A stretch of DNA of 63,720 nucleotides, the filler included, from Trichomonas gallinae (lineage: Eukaryota): NCBI GenBank assembly GCA_008369845.1. It is 4 parts of 4 records of this genome, joined end to end, with 100 filler letters (N's around TTAATTAATTAA, not from the genome) between each part and the next. Parts side by side here need not be neighbours in the genome. Positions count along the whole stretch, not along the records: positions 17,749 to 26,085 come from MRSU01001108.1; positions 26,186 to 34,134 come from MRSU01001112.1; 2 more parts are not named here. One strand, given 5' to 3'. Numbering within the stretch: the first letter of the stretch is position 1; every line of letters starts with the position of its first letter. The position numbers were made by a program, and so were the translations under genes. Below, in pieces: positions 21,590 to 32,809 of the stretch. Below the pieces are notes generated by a model. The model ran no database searches, was not told where the DNA came from, and was given only the letters and a program-made list of their open reading frames with translations.

Positions 21590-22090
21590 AATTTGATTGC
21601 ATCAATTCCAGGAATTGTGAGAAGAAGTTTGATAACTTCATGATAACCGTTCAATAAAGCAAAGCTGTTCCATTCCATTTATTTTTTGCATTGACATCTA
21701 TTCGGCAAACTGTGAGAATACAATATATGATGTGTGTAATCAATGCCAGATTCTAACATAAAACGAATGAGACTAAAGTTGGATTCTTGCAATGAGTAAG
21801 AAAAGATACCTTGAATATAATTATTTGTTGTTTCGTGCAGTTTCCCATTGAGAGCAAAACGCAAGGCTTCAGCATCGTTTTCATCTGCATTTTTGTTGAA
21901 AATGTCATATAGTTTATCGAAATTATAATTGCCAGCAGCTATAAAAGCTTTAACATTCTTATTATTTTGTTGCTATTTTCCGGAAAATGCAGATACATTG
22001 ATCTCGATTATTGAATCAAATACAACCCATTCGATGCATTTACCAAAGACAATAAGTAATTCATGAATTTTTGTAATTTCGATATAGTTA
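21590..22090 (-). pseudogene. Frameshifted ankyrin-repeat pseudogene
   Basis: Fragments in different frames: FDKLYDIFNKNADENDAEALRFA, IDVNAKNNGMGTALLY*, NGYHEVIKLLLTIPGID. Confidence 0.7.
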
Positions 22091-22217
22091 ACTTTTTGAT
22101 GTTGATTTCAAGAAAATGTTATTTTGTCATGTAAAGTGTCAAAATTTTAATCAATTTTTTTACCACTCTGAATAAGTATATATATACAATAAAATAAATT
22201 GTCAATTTTTCCCAAAA

Positions 22218-22811
22218 ATGAGCTTTGAAGAAACAAATCATAATGAAACCGTGAAAGAAGATCCAAATCAAATAAAAGAATTACTTAAACCTCACAAAAA
22301 GACAATTGTGCAAATTTATTATGCAATCGTTGGTCAAAATCCAAAGTTATTATTCCCATCTTTAATTTCCCTCGATATTTTCCTATTTCTATACAATCAA
22401 TATGACTTTGGTATCTTCTCATTATCTATGATGGTTGCATCAGCTATTTACTTAGTTATTGCTATCGCATCATTATTCCCGCAGGTTTTCAATTATGTAC
22501 ACCAAGAACCAAAGGGAGATGAAGAAAATATTTTAGATACAGTCTCTCATCTTATCATTGTCGCTAAAAAATACCTCAATATGGGATTCGATATTTTATT
22601 CAATGGAAAAATCCTTTCTCCACCAGTTAACATCGCCGCTGTCGCTGGAATTTGGGTTGGTATCATTATTGCATTCAAAGTGGTCTTCAGATTCTGGCTA
22701 ATTTTCTTAACTATCAATATTGCTGCCATTGTTCCAACAGTCATGAACATGCAGTCTCACAATGCTCAAGATAAGGCAGCTGTCAACTATCCAGAAGTTA
22801 AAAAAGCATAA
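22218..22811 (+). CDS. Membrane protein with two long hydrophobic hairpins (reticulon/ARL6IP1-like)
   Basis: Two ~40-aa hydrophobic blocks separated by a hydrophilic loop; C-terminal KKA. Confidence 0.55.
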   Translation: MSFEETNHNETVKEDPNQIKELLKPHKKTIVQIYYAIVGQNPKLLFPSLISLDIFLFLYNQYDFGIFSLSMMVASAIYLVIAIASLFPQVFNYVHQEPKGDEENILDTVSHLIIVAKKYLNMGFDILFNGKILSPPVNIAAVAGIWVGIIIAFKVVFRFWLIFLTINIAAIVPTVMNMQSHNAQDKAAVNYPEVKKA

Positions 22812-23079
22812 CCAGCAGGAGTATCTAATTTTGTAAAATTTATATTTTTATATTTTGTCGTAAATGGCTGGTGACTCACTTTTAATATCAAAACTTTTTG
22901 CTATAATTGAGTTTTTACAATAATTTTTTGAATTGAAAACCATATTGATCGCGAAATATCAAAATTAATAGAATAAAACTTGTGTTTATGGTAGACTTAG
23001 CAAAACATGATAATAAATTACAATCAAAAATATCCAAACTAAATAATAAAAATCATAGATTGAGGGACAAATAAATGGT

Positions 23080-23152
23080 TCATGTACGAAGAGGTAATTA
23101 CTATGACATACGTGTGAGAATATCTTATATATCATGTACGAAGAGGTAATTA
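23080..23152. repeat. Exact 21-bp direct repeat with 31-bp spacer
   Basis: tcatgtacgaagaggtaatta at 23080-23100 and 23132-23152. Confidence 0.9.
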
Positions 23153-23295
23153 TATAAACATGATATTCTTGTTTTATTGTAAAACAAATTGCTAAATTGT
23201 ATTTTACTAGTCGTATTATTTCATTATTTTAGTTCAAATCAATAGTTGTATTTTTGCCAAATAAATTATTTACTTGTCAGATAATTATTTTTTAC

Positions 23296-24285
23296 ATGAT
23301 GCCTTTTTTCGGGTTTTTAGCAACTCTTTCGCTTCAAACTCCGAATATTATATACCTCAATGCCGAAAAATGGATGAATCTTGTAGAAAAACGTGATCCT
23401 GAGAGCGTTTGGATTGTTTATTTCCAAGTTAATTCGCATATTGGCTCAAAAGCATTGTGGCCAGTGTTTGTCAATGCTTCAAGAATTGCTGATGGGCTTT
23501 TTAACTTCGGAACAGTTATTGATTCACCAGAATTTCCTGTTTCATTTAAATATCCCGTAAAAACAGTTCCAACAATACTATTCATTCACAAAACAGGCTA
23601 TAAAGAGTATAAGGGAAAGAAAAATGAGAATGATATTCTTCGTGCTGCAGCGAAATTCTTAAAAGATCATACTATTCAAGCATCAAAAGAGTGGATTAAT
23701 GAGCCACATGATACAGCTATATTATTCACCGATAAGCAATCTATTCCAAGTCTTTGGGTTGGAATATCTTCCGAATTTAGAAACAAAATGAGAATTGGTG
23801 TCACAAACTCTACAGAAATGATGCAAGCATACGGAATTACTAAACTTCCATCGATTGTTATGATGAATTCCTCTTATAGAACTATTTACAAAGGAAAAAT
23901 CTCTTTTAGAGCTATTTCTCAAACATTAACAGAATTTATGCAGGATACTTACGAAGAACCATACTATTTCGATCCAGATTATTACTTCCCAGAAGAATAT
24001 AATACTCAAATACAAAACTTCTCAGGCTACGTTGTATTTTCAGTCACATCTGAGGTAGATAATGACTTCAAACGCACAAAAGAGTCAAGAACACCTAGGA
24101 GATTCAAATTTTTCTTTGGAAAAGAAGATTTACCTTTTAATTTCATGACTCCGAACACATACTGGGTTTTACAACCAAGTAAGAGGTTAATCCACAAATG
24201 CGAATATACACGCGAAGTTTATGAGACTTGCTTGAAGATTGTTGAAGGAGAAATGAAATGGGATTCTTTTGATAAATATATATAA
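23296..24285 (+). CDS. Secretory-pathway thioredoxin-fold (PDI-like) protein lacking CXXC
   Basis: Short signal peptide; WIVYF...ALWPVF, VKTVPTILF, YKGK, YGITKLPSIV. Confidence 0.65.
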   Translation: MMPFFGFLATLSLQTPNIIYLNAEKWMNLVEKRDPESVWIVYFQVNSHIGSKALWPVFVNASRIADGLFNFGTVIDSPEFPVSFKYPVKTVPTILFIHKTGYKEYKGKKNENDILRAAAKFLKDHTIQASKEWINEPHDTAILFTDKQSIPSLWVGISSEFRNKMRIGVTNSTEMMQAYGITKLPSIVMMNSSYRTIYKGKISFRAISQTLTEFMQDTYEEPYYFDPDYYFPEEYNTQIQNFSGYVVFSVTSEVDNDFKRTKESRTPRRFKFFFGKEDLPFNFMTPNTYWVLQPSKRLIHKCEYTREVYETCLKIVEGEMKWDSFDKYI

Positions 24286-24419
24286 AATGTTCGTGTTATT
24301 ATTTTATAATTTCCCACTGCTTTTTCCTAATATGAAATCGATTTAGCATGTAAATTATAAATATGTTGCGTAAATATTTTACATGTCAGAATAGTTGATC
24401 AAAAGTGACGAAAATCGAA

Positions 24420-25868
24420 ATGAAGAAAAGAACAAAAGAAAAAACCCCATCTTTTGAAGATGCTGTTGTAGAGGTAGACTATTCTTCATGTAATGGATAC
24501 ATATTTTGGCTTATATGCATCATTATAGGTCTTTTACTTGGATCATATTATTCAAATTCTTCTTTTTTGCAATATGCTCATTTAAACTCCTCAAGAGATC
24601 CTTTCTCGCCGTTTAAAAGTATTACAATTCGTCAAGTCGAGACAAATACTCTACAAGTTAATTTATCCTATAAATTTCTTTTTAATCAAACTTACGACAA
24701 TCTCCTTAAGCATGTTAAGCTTGTTATTACAAATGGAGGGTTCAATTGCACTCAAGATTTTGATTCAGCAAATAATAAAAAAACATCACGAGAAAGCGCC
24801 TCATTCACATTTACTCCTCCATTCCATGGCACTATATATGCTATTCTCATGTTCAATAACAAGCCACTCAGTAAATATTTCAAATTTTCCATAGAAGCTC
24901 CGAGAAACACGCAATCTACAATATATTGTTCCCAAAATGGTTCTCTCCATCAATGCATATTTTCGAATGTCTGTGTTAAAGATAGAAGAATAATTACATC
25001 TTTAAACACAGTTCCTCAACAAAATTTTGATTTTCTTAGATATGATATACAATCAAGGATGGACTTTCATTCTAGTCTAGAAAGATCAAGAATGGATGAG
25101 TATCCACATCGAATCGCTTTCGTTCAGGATAAAGGTGACATGTATTTAACACTCAAACACTTTTTCAGACAGTGTAATGAGAAAAATGCGCAAAAAACGC
25201 TCGTTTTCGATGATAACAAGCTAATCGAAAAAATGAGATTAGATGAAAAGCTCGAAGTTGCTTTCGTTGATAAAACACAGCAATGCTACAGAAGACTGAT
25301 ACTAAGTGATGCAGAAGCTGATGTTGACACAGTAAAATATCAACTGCGTAGACCGAGACAAAGAATTTCAGAAATTTTAGTCCTAAAAACGCGCGGAACA
25401 ATTAAAGAAGTTGACGTTTTGGTTGACTCCATTCTCGATTTCTGCGTGCGCTGCGAGATAAGGTATGCAACAAAAGAGATGTCAGCGCACCAGCTGCTGT
25501 CAATGAGCAGTGAACCACAGTTTATCATCGGCGTGCAAACCGATGCAATGATCGCAAGTATATTTATGAATGCAACTCTAGTTAACATTGTTCCAAAAGG
25601 CCTGACATGTGGGAACTGGGTCAATGAGGCTTCTTTCGATGGATTGCGCGCTGTTGAAGTTTATCCAGCTGAGAAGCCAGCCGACTGCGAATCAATGATG
25701 TGCAACGATAGAAGATGCAGTGAAAACTTGCACAAAGAATTCATTGTAAACGCTGATCTAGTTGGAAGTGCGCTTGGAAAGATATTTAGAGGTAATTGCC
25801 CACCAGCAACCATTAAAGTTGACTCTCTAAATAATACAATTATCCTTGAAAAAGGAGATTGTGAATAA
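24420..25868 (+). CDS. Type II membrane protein, divergent glycosyltransferase family 61-like
   Basis: N-terminal TM anchor; CIFSNVCV, CYRRLIL, MSAHQLL...FIIGVQTDAMIASIFM...LVNIVP pattern. Confidence 0.5.
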   Translation: MKKRTKEKTPSFEDAVVEVDYSSCNGYIFWLICIIIGLLLGSYYSNSSFLQYAHLNSSRDPFSPFKSITIRQVETNTLQVNLSYKFLFNQTYDNLLKHVKLVITNGGFNCTQDFDSANNKKTSRESASFTFTPPFHGTIYAILMFNNKPLSKYFKFSIEAPRNTQSTIYCSQNGSLHQCIFSNVCVKDRRIITSLNTVPQQNFDFLRYDIQSRMDFHSSLERSRMDEYPHRIAFVQDKGDMYLTLKHFFRQCNEKNAQKTLVFDDNKLIEKMRLDEKLEVAFVDKTQQCYRRLILSDAEADVDTVKYQLRRPRQRISEILVLKTRGTIKEVDVLVDSILDFCVRCEIRYATKEMSAHQLLSMSSEPQFIIGVQTDAMIASIFMNATLVNIVPKGLTCGNWVNEASFDGLRAVEVYPAEKPADCESMMCNDRRCSENLHKEFIVNADLVGSALGKIFRGNCPPATIKVDSLNNTIILEKGDCE

Positions 25869-26015
25869 TCAATTAACTGTTTAATAAAATGTTAGTATGA
25901 TATTATGTGTGTAAAATTAGAGAATTTCATTAAATATGATGTTTGTTTACGATAAGTAATTCATTTGTTGCTTAAATTACTGTGTTGGATTAAAATTCAT
26001 TAGACTAAATGTGAA

Positions 26016-26085
26016 GCGCCGTTGGCCCAATTGGATAAGGCGACTGCCTACGGAGCAGTAGAGTCCAGGTTCAAGTCCTGGACGG
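26016..26085 (+). tRNA. tRNA-Arg (ACG), 3' end cut by assembly gap
   Basis: GCGCCGT acceptor 5' strand, D arm with TGGATAA, anticodon arm ACTGC-CTACGGA-GCAGT, T arm CCAGG-TTCAAGT-CCTGG, then ACGG|N. Confidence 0.95.
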
Positions 26086-26185
26086 NNNNNNNNNNNNNNN
26101 NNNNNNNNNNNNNNNNNNNNNNNNNNNNNTTAATTAATTAANNNNNNNNNNNNNNNNNNNNNNNNNNNNNNNNNNNNNNNNNNNN
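26086..26185. other. Artificial contig spacer
   Basis: 44 N + TTAATTAATTAA + 44 N. Confidence 0.98.
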
Positions 26186-27043
26186 AGCTAATGCTCGACT
26201 ATGAGGCGTTAGGAAGCAAACAAGTATAAAAATGTAAACTATTCAAACCTACCCCCTTAAAAAATTTAGAACCTAATTAACAAAACATCTTCCTATTCCC
26301 ATTATATGTACTCATTAGAGATCTAGTGGTCCGTCTTAAGATTATATGCTAAATGACATTTGCAAATTTATTTATGAAGAAAACAAAAATAAAACTATTC
26401 TCGCAAAACTGATACATAAATATTCCCAACAGAACCCTTCTAAATTAAGACTGTAGCTTCGTCAAAATGTCAAAACCTAGTAAATCCGTTGTCAAATCAC
26501 AAGAGACAACACAAATAATCGAATCGCAGAACATGCCTTCATCTAACTCGATGATAAAATGAAACTATAAGTATACCCATAAAGTCGTATAATAAATGAA
26601 ACGTTTTGTATTTACAAAAGAGCCAAAGAAATAGAAAAAAAAAATTAAAAATCCATAATTAATAAGGTTTCTGCCTTAATATTCTCCTCTTTCTTTTTTG
26701 CTTCCTGTAATTGATGGTCTATGAGCTTGTGAAGTTTAGGCTTCTTGAAAAAGGTTAAAACAGCGAATAACAAGAAAAACATTCTTGAGAAAAATGAAGT
26801 CACCCTTCTTTCAAAAATTAATTAATTAAAACCCTAATTCACCATTTTTTAGACCATGTCTTTCTATATCATATATATCCAATGGCCATGATTTAGAGTC
26901 GATCTGATGAGGATGAGGAAGTCCCACACCCCCTATATTCAAAACAATAGAGATATTAGATAAATCTCCCCTCTTTAAAAGTTTAGACCCTAAAAAGGAA
27001 GGTTACTTAACAGAGCTTAGCAAACAGCATGGTAGCATCCCTA
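26186..27043. mobile_element. Possible non-coding transposon remnant at contig edge
   Basis: No ORF; repeated ccc(c)t..taaaa.tttaga.cctaa blocks (26245, 26962); ends CATCCCTA like the terminus at 34314. Confidence 0.3.
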
Positions 27044-27187
27044 TAATATATATAATGACATATTGAATTAGCTAAAGAATCTGATAGAAATTTGCCCCTA
27101 TTTAACAAAAAACGTATTTGTCAAAATTTCAAATTTTGTAAAATCTTACCCCTGTTTAATTTTAGCAGCCCCATAAATTAACAATCG

Positions 27188-28291
27188 ATGTATAACTGGG
27201 CTCAAAGTTCAACGCCATCGAATTTGGGCCCAGGAACATACGAGGTGCTGAAACCTATTGGCAAAAAGGACCAAATGAAGAGCCCGTTCAATGGTGGTGC
27301 CGCTTTTACATCGATTCCAGTTGCTGGACGTGATGCCCCTCCAGTAGGGCAATACAACCCTCAAGACAAGATGCAGGTAGGTGCCCCGAAATATTCGTTT
27401 TCTAAATCAAAAAGAGTAATTTTTGACATTTCAAATACTCCATCGCCAACGAATTACAGCCACTTAGATTCTTGGATTCCAAAAGACAAAATACCATCAA
27501 GGATTGTTCCTCCTCGCCCAGAAAAGAAATATTTCATTAATCCTCAAATTAAAAAAAATGTTGAAGATGGAATTCGCGAATCATCGCAAATTCCGAGTCG
27601 TGGGTCCGAGTGGTTGGGTCCTGGCACATATAACACATATAATCTTGAAAATGCTTTTCATCCAAAATACACGTTATCAATTGCGAAATCGAGACCGATG
27701 TCTTCTCTCATTACTGTCGCAAAGAGTGATGCTCCAGGGCCAGGAACATATGATGTAGTTCAAAGACCATCAAAGATATTACACGAATTTGCGCCTTTGC
27801 CAAATTATGAAGTTAAACATCGCAGAGAGCAGAGCATATACTATTCGGGCCCGACTCCCTGGGCATATGCTTCAGATGTAAAGAGCTCAGCATTCAGATC
27901 TAAATCGGAAAGATTTCCAAAACAGCCAATTGATGATAATCCTGGTCCTGGTGCGTATTTTCAGAACTCACAGCCCATAAAGTTACCTCCAAAGTCATTT
28001 TCGACAATTCCTACAAGTTTGCATTCTCCATTAACATTTTCCGAGACGAGTACACCAGGAAATACATCAAGACCTGGTCCTGTGCATCACATAATAGCAA
28101 GAAGCGCTTCTGCTGCTTTGGCAAATCCATCAATTCATAATATGGACAAAAAGTTCTCAGTTATCACAAGAACATCATCACGTGAAAGATGTATAAACCT
28201 AGATTCGCCAGAGCAAAATACTTTCTGGATGGTTGAAGAAGAAAATAATCCATCGAAGAGGCCTAGATTAGTTCAAAAAGGAGAAGTTTAG
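27188..28291 (+). CDS. SHIPPO/ODF3-type PGP-repeat (sperm-tail PG-rich) axonemal protein
   Basis: LGPGTY x2, APGPGTY, NPGPGAY, PPVGQY. Confidence 0.8.
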   Translation: MYNWAQSSTPSNLGPGTYEVLKPIGKKDQMKSPFNGGAAFTSIPVAGRDAPPVGQYNPQDKMQVGAPKYSFSKSKRVIFDISNTPSPTNYSHLDSWIPKDKIPSRIVPPRPEKKYFINPQIKKNVEDGIRESSQIPSRGSEWLGPGTYNTYNLENAFHPKYTLSIAKSRPMSSLITVAKSDAPGPGTYDVVQRPSKILHEFAPLPNYEVKHRREQSIYYSGPTPWAYASDVKSSAFRSKSERFPKQPIDDNPGPGAYFQNSQPIKLPPKSFSTIPTSLHSPLTFSETSTPGNTSRPGPVHHIIARSASAALANPSIHNMDKKFSVITRTSSRERCINLDSPEQNTFWMVEEENNPSKRPRLVQKGEV

Positions 28292-28640
28292 TCTACATGA
28301 TATAAAGCTATAATATAAATAAGCCTTTCACTTAAATTCCATTTTCAAAAATCTTGGAAAATGCAGTTGAAACCAATACAATTGCAAGTATAATCATTAC
28401 TCCAATCTTATCCTAAGTTTAATGTTACTATTGTTTGTTATAATAAAGTTGTATCAATAAAATTAAATTTCTAAAGCTTTTTGTCATAGAAGCATTCAGA
28501 TAATGAGCTTCTAATTAGTATATTTGCATTATTTGCGAATAACAATCATGAAATGAAAATATTGAATATATTTCGAAGCTATTTTGTTGTTTGGATAAAC
28601 GATATGAGATTTTGTGTGTGTTAAAAGTTTGAGTGATGAC

Positions 28641-29240
28641 TTAGCAACACTTGTGTTGTTCTAATAATTTTTTGATGGGCATAACATTTTCCTGATCGTT
28701 TTCTTTCTTTGAAGTACCTCTGTATGCCTCTGCAGCAATTCTGCAAAACGCTTCTTTAACGTTGAAACCATTTTTTGCGGATGTTTCAATGTAATTAACA
28801 TCGCGAGATTTTGCATAAAGCTCTGCCTCAGCTGTTGTAATGACTCTGCTATTCACTTCGTCTGTTTTGTTTCCAACAAATAATATAATTGCGTTTGGAT
28901 CACAATGCTGTGATATTTCGTGGAACCATTTATTTGCATCATCATATGATTCTTTGTCTGTAACATCAAACACAAGTAAAACGCATTTTGCATCTCGATA
29001 ATATTTTCTAGTGATAGAAGAGTATTTTTCTTGACCAGCTGTATCGAAGATATTCATTTTTATGTCTTGTCCGTCAATATCAAGAACAACTGACTGGAAA
29101 TCGATATTAATTGTTGGTTTCGTATTTTCATCGAATGAGCCTTGCGTTAAATAAGTAATCAGCGATGTTTTTCCAACACCACTGGATCCAATAACGATAC
29201 ACTTGAAATTTGGAAGCTGTTTATTATCGTGATTTGTCAT
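28641..29240 (-). CDS. Rab GTPase
   Basis: GSSGVGKT, DTAGQE, GNKTD, ETSAK, C-terminal CC. Confidence 0.95.
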   Translation of the reverse strand: MTNHDNKQLPNFKCIVIGSSGVGKTSLITYLTQGSFDENTKPTINIDFQSVVLDIDGQDIKMNIFDTAGQEKYSSITRKYYRDAKCVLLVFDVTDKESYDDANKWFHEISQHCDPNAIILFVGNKTDEVNSRVITTAEAELYAKSRDVNYIETSAKNGFNVKEAFCRIAAEAYRGTSKKENDQENVMPIKKLLEQHKCC

Positions 29241-29386
29241 TTTTAAATTTTGAGCGATATCGAAAATTAACCTTAAATATTTTTATGTATTTAAATAACA
29301 AAATAGAGATAGATTGGTGTTTAGTACAGTTTTCGCATTCTAATTTGGATCAAAATCGAAGTCAGATAAAAATATATTATAAATTA

Positions 29387-29962
29387 TTAGCAGCAACCTC
29401 CATTTCCGGACCTGACATCTACTTGTATTTGGGTTACCTCGCCTTTCTTTGGGTATTGTTCATGCAAGGATTTTACTACTTCTTCAATCATGTGCTCGAT
29501 GCCTTCACCCGTCTTTGCTGACACGAGAAAAAACTTATATCCGCACTCATTGGCAAAATTTTCTGCAAGATCTACAATACTTCTGTTTTCTTTCAAAAGA
29601 TCACATTTATTACCAACGACAAAGATTAACCTTCTATTGTCACCGACTGATTTAAATAGTTGTATCCATGATTCTAGTTTGTCAAAAGATTCTTGTTGAG
29701 AAACATCAAAAACTGCTAATGCCGCATTGACATTACGGCAATAAACAGGAACTAGTGAACGAAACCTTTCCTGGCCAGCTGTGTCCCATATTTCTAAAGT
29801 TATTTGCTTCCCATTGTATTTTCTGAACACCTGTATGAAATCTACGCCAACAGTAGAGGTTTCAGAAGTATCAAATCTATCACCGTAAACATTTCTTATA
29901 ATCGATGTCTTCCCGACAGCTGATTCACCAATCGTCGCAATCCTAAATGGAGCTTCTATCAT
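29387..29962 (-). CDS. Rab GTPase
   Basis: GESAVGKT, WDTAGQERF, GNKCD, SAKTG, C-terminal GGCC. Confidence 0.95.
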   Translation of the reverse strand: MIEAPFRIATIGESAVGKTSIIRNVYGDRFDTSETSTVGVDFIQVFRKYNGKQITLEIWDTAGQERFRSLVPVYCRNVNAALAVFDVSQQESFDKLESWIQLFKSVGDNRRLIFVVGNKCDLLKENRSIVDLAENFANECGYKFFLVSAKTGEGIEHMIEEVVKSLHEQYPKKGEVTQIQVDVRSGNGGCC

Positions 29963-30553
29963 AGGTGAAATAATATGACGATTATTTTGGCTTCAAAAAA
30001 TTCTCTTTTCAAAAATTTTCTTTAAAATTATCTTTTTAGCATATTTAATGCAGTTTACAGATATTTTGTAACAAAAGTGACAGTTATATTTGACGTGTAA
30101 AGTCATAAATTTGTCAAATAAATCTTACAATTTACATCGAATTGTTTTTGTTTTAAATTTCTTTTTGTAGTTATTTTATCAATTCATTTTAGTTTAAAAA
30201 ATTCGATCAAAAAAATTTCATTCAATTTTTCATTTAATTACATATTGTTTTATCCTAATATATCTAAATATTTTATTTATTTTGTTCAATTTTGATTTTT
30301 TCTATCAAAAATGAATTATTTTAATATACTACGGATCTATAAATAATATAATGCAGATTTTTATTAAGAAAATTTTATAAAATTCTCTTTTTACCTATTT
30401 TCATAGGTAAATATCTATTTATATTTTATTAGCATTTATATTTATAATAGAATATAATTTATTTATTTTGTTTTTCAAAAACTTATTTTTTACTAAGAAA
30501 TTAAAATAATTAAATAAATTTTTGAAAATATTTTGTTATAAAAAAATTTTTAA

Positions 30554-32809
30554 ATGGAAAACTTGCCGGCGATTCGAGCTGTTCATCCCATTTTATCAGC
30601 CGAATGCGGCCAGATTATATCAGTGAACGATGTTTCTTTACTTATTTCATCGAAGCTGGAGAGCAGACTCCTTGTTATCGCAACAGCAGGTGTATTTATT
30701 ATAAAAAAGGCCTCTTTTTTGAAAGGATTATCAGTAGAGAACTCATTTCCTTTCTCTGTTATGTCTCACATCAAAATTGAGCGTCAATTCATTACAATTT
30801 CGAAACCTTCTCTTTCTATTCAGTTTACACATGCTGATCAGCTAATGATTGCTTGCGCAATTGTATCTACTCGATGTACGCTTTACGATCCGAAAGTAGT
30901 TCCCCTGAATATAAGCATCGCGATGTCTTTGCAAGCTCAATTTCAAAGCTTGAACTTCGATTATTCAACACGATCAAAACTCGCGGATAAATTCCTATCT
31001 TCGTTATTATCAGTCAACGTAAATTTAATAAAAGAGAAAATAGAAGAAACATATTTGTATCTGTCAAAAATCAAAGAGGAATTGCTATTTAATGAGCAGT
31101 TTATATCATTACCATACTTACCGCAAGCCATTTCTGCTTTGCAAAATGAAAAATCTATAACAAAACTCGTCGTTTCGGAATTAAATTCAGCAGCAGCTAT
31201 AAAAGTCTTCGCAAATCTTATTATGACCAACACTTTCATACAGAGCGTCACGATGAACCAGGTTGCAATCTGCGGAGACTTAAATCCGCTGAGTGAAGCT
31301 CTTTCAATGCCAAATATAGTAATTGATGAATGGGTCTTCAACAACTGCGGCTTTGACTCAGAAGATTTCAAGTTATTCATCGAATGCTTCCGTAATTACA
31401 AAACAAATATCAAAGTTTTGGTTTTCAACACCTGCACGTTTACACAGTCAACATTTTCTTATTTCACGCAGAGATTTTTCTTTATTGATTGTTTCCATAG
31501 TTTGGAGTCGTTTTATTTCTCAGAAATTATTTTTTCGAAAGAAGTTCTCTTTTTCTTATGCCAGTTGTTCGCTTCTGACTGGGTTCTCAAAAATAAGACA
31601 CTTAAGAACCTCATCATTCCACGCTGTTTCGTAGAACTCGATGCTTTGTTTAATCAGCTTCAAAACTTTGAAACAGGCATTACAACTGCAGATTTCAGTG
31701 GGAATTTATTCATAAATTCGATAACAGGAGATCTCGCGTCTAAATTGAGCCCCCATATCAATATTTTGTTGAATGATTGCGGATTCGGCCAAGAATCTTT
31801 CATTTCACTGATGCAAGTGCTATCATTGCATAGAGGACATACGATGCGCTTAGAATTATGCAGAGCTTTGATGACAAATCAAGTCAGAACCCAATTTTAT
31901 CAACTCTGTCCTTCTTTAAACTTCAAATCTCTCGTTTCGCTGACATGGGATGGAAATATTATCGATAAGAATTTCTTCCTTTTCATCCAAAACCAGCCAA
32001 GACTCTCGAAAATTTCAATTTCTGATTGTATTACTGCAGAAAGTGCGGAAATAATATATCCGGAGATGAGCAAAGTATTTGCATCCAAACCATTAACGAC
32101 TGTCATAATTAAAGCCACAAAACCACAGTTTGTTCTTGGATCTCTATTTACTCCTTTAATTCTTACGTTACTTAAGAGAAAGAGCATCTGTGACCTTGAC
32201 ATTACAGGTCAGCATGTAGGAGAAGACGCTTTGATCCAAATTATCGATAATTTACCAATGGTCATGAAAAATTTCAGATTTTGCGGTAATAATATTAACC
32301 ATTCTGAAAAACTCTTCGCAATTCTTAACTTAATACTCAAGAAACGCCTGTTATTCGCATCATGGCCTGAGCAAGACATTGAAAAAATTCTCATTTCGAC
32401 AAATCCAATTTATAGAACTGAGTTTAAGTCGAATATTGAAGTACTTAAGCAACAGTTTGATCAGAAATTTATCCCTCCTCCATCTATAGACAGTCCAATT
32501 GATTTCATCCATAATATCAAAAATAATTTCAAAGAATCACCACAAAGCAATGAAGCTAAGCCACAAATCACATATGGATTTGAAGGACGCCATGTTGCTG
32601 CCGACATGATCCTTAAATTCAGAGTTAATGATGATTCGATATCAAATCTTCTCACAGAATGCAATTCACTTGAAGGCAAAGATCCAATGGTATCTATGCT
32701 TGAATTCATGGAGGCTGAAACATCCATTTCCAAGCTTTCAGAAGTTATTCATAGTGGTTTACATGATTCTTCATCATCAGAACCATTCATATCTGCTAGA
32801 ATAGAATAA
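30554..32809 (+). CDS. Leucine-rich-repeat protein, CARMIL-like architecture
   Basis: N-terminal PH-like segment (RLLVIATAGVFII), degenerate RI-type LRRs (ADFSGN, LTWDGN, LDITGQHVGE, FCGNNI). Confidence 0.65.
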   Translation: MENLPAIRAVHPILSAECGQIISVNDVSLLISSKLESRLLVIATAGVFIIKKASFLKGLSVENSFPFSVMSHIKIERQFITISKPSLSIQFTHADQLMIACAIVSTRCTLYDPKVVPLNISIAMSLQAQFQSLNFDYSTRSKLADKFLSSLLSVNVNLIKEKIEETYLYLSKIKEELLFNEQFISLPYLPQAISALQNEKSITKLVVSELNSAAAIKVFANLIMTNTFIQSVTMNQVAICGDLNPLSEALSMPNIVIDEWVFNNCGFDSEDFKLFIECFRNYKTNIKVLVFNTCTFTQSTFSYFTQRFFFIDCFHSLESFYFSEIIFSKEVLFFLCQLFASDWVLKNKTLKNLIIPRCFVELDALFNQLQNFETGITTADFSGNLFINSITGDLASKLSPHINILLNDCGFGQESFISLMQVLSLHRGHTMRLELCRALMTNQVRTQFYQLCPSLNFKSLVSLTWDGNIIDKNFFLFIQNQPRLSKISISDCITAESAEIIYPEMSKVFASKPLTTVIIKATKPQFVLGSLFTPLILTLLKRKSICDLDITGQHVGEDALIQIIDNLPMVMKNFRFCGNNINHSEKLFAILNLILKKRLLFASWPEQDIEKILISTNPIYRTEFKSNIEVLKQQFDQKFIPPPSIDSPIDFIHNIKNNFKESPQSNEAKPQITYGFEGRHVAADMILKFRVNDDSISNLLTECNSLEGKDPMVSMLEFMEAETSISKLSEVIHSGLHDSSSSEPFISARIE

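Noticed and set aside
23080..23152. CRISPR-like repeat-spacer-repeat
   Set aside because: Only two repeats, no cas genes, eukaryotic context.
26904..26925. Hammerhead ribozyme (CTGATGAG...GAA...GTC)
   Set aside because: No GAAA core, and no stem II/III pairing can be drawn.
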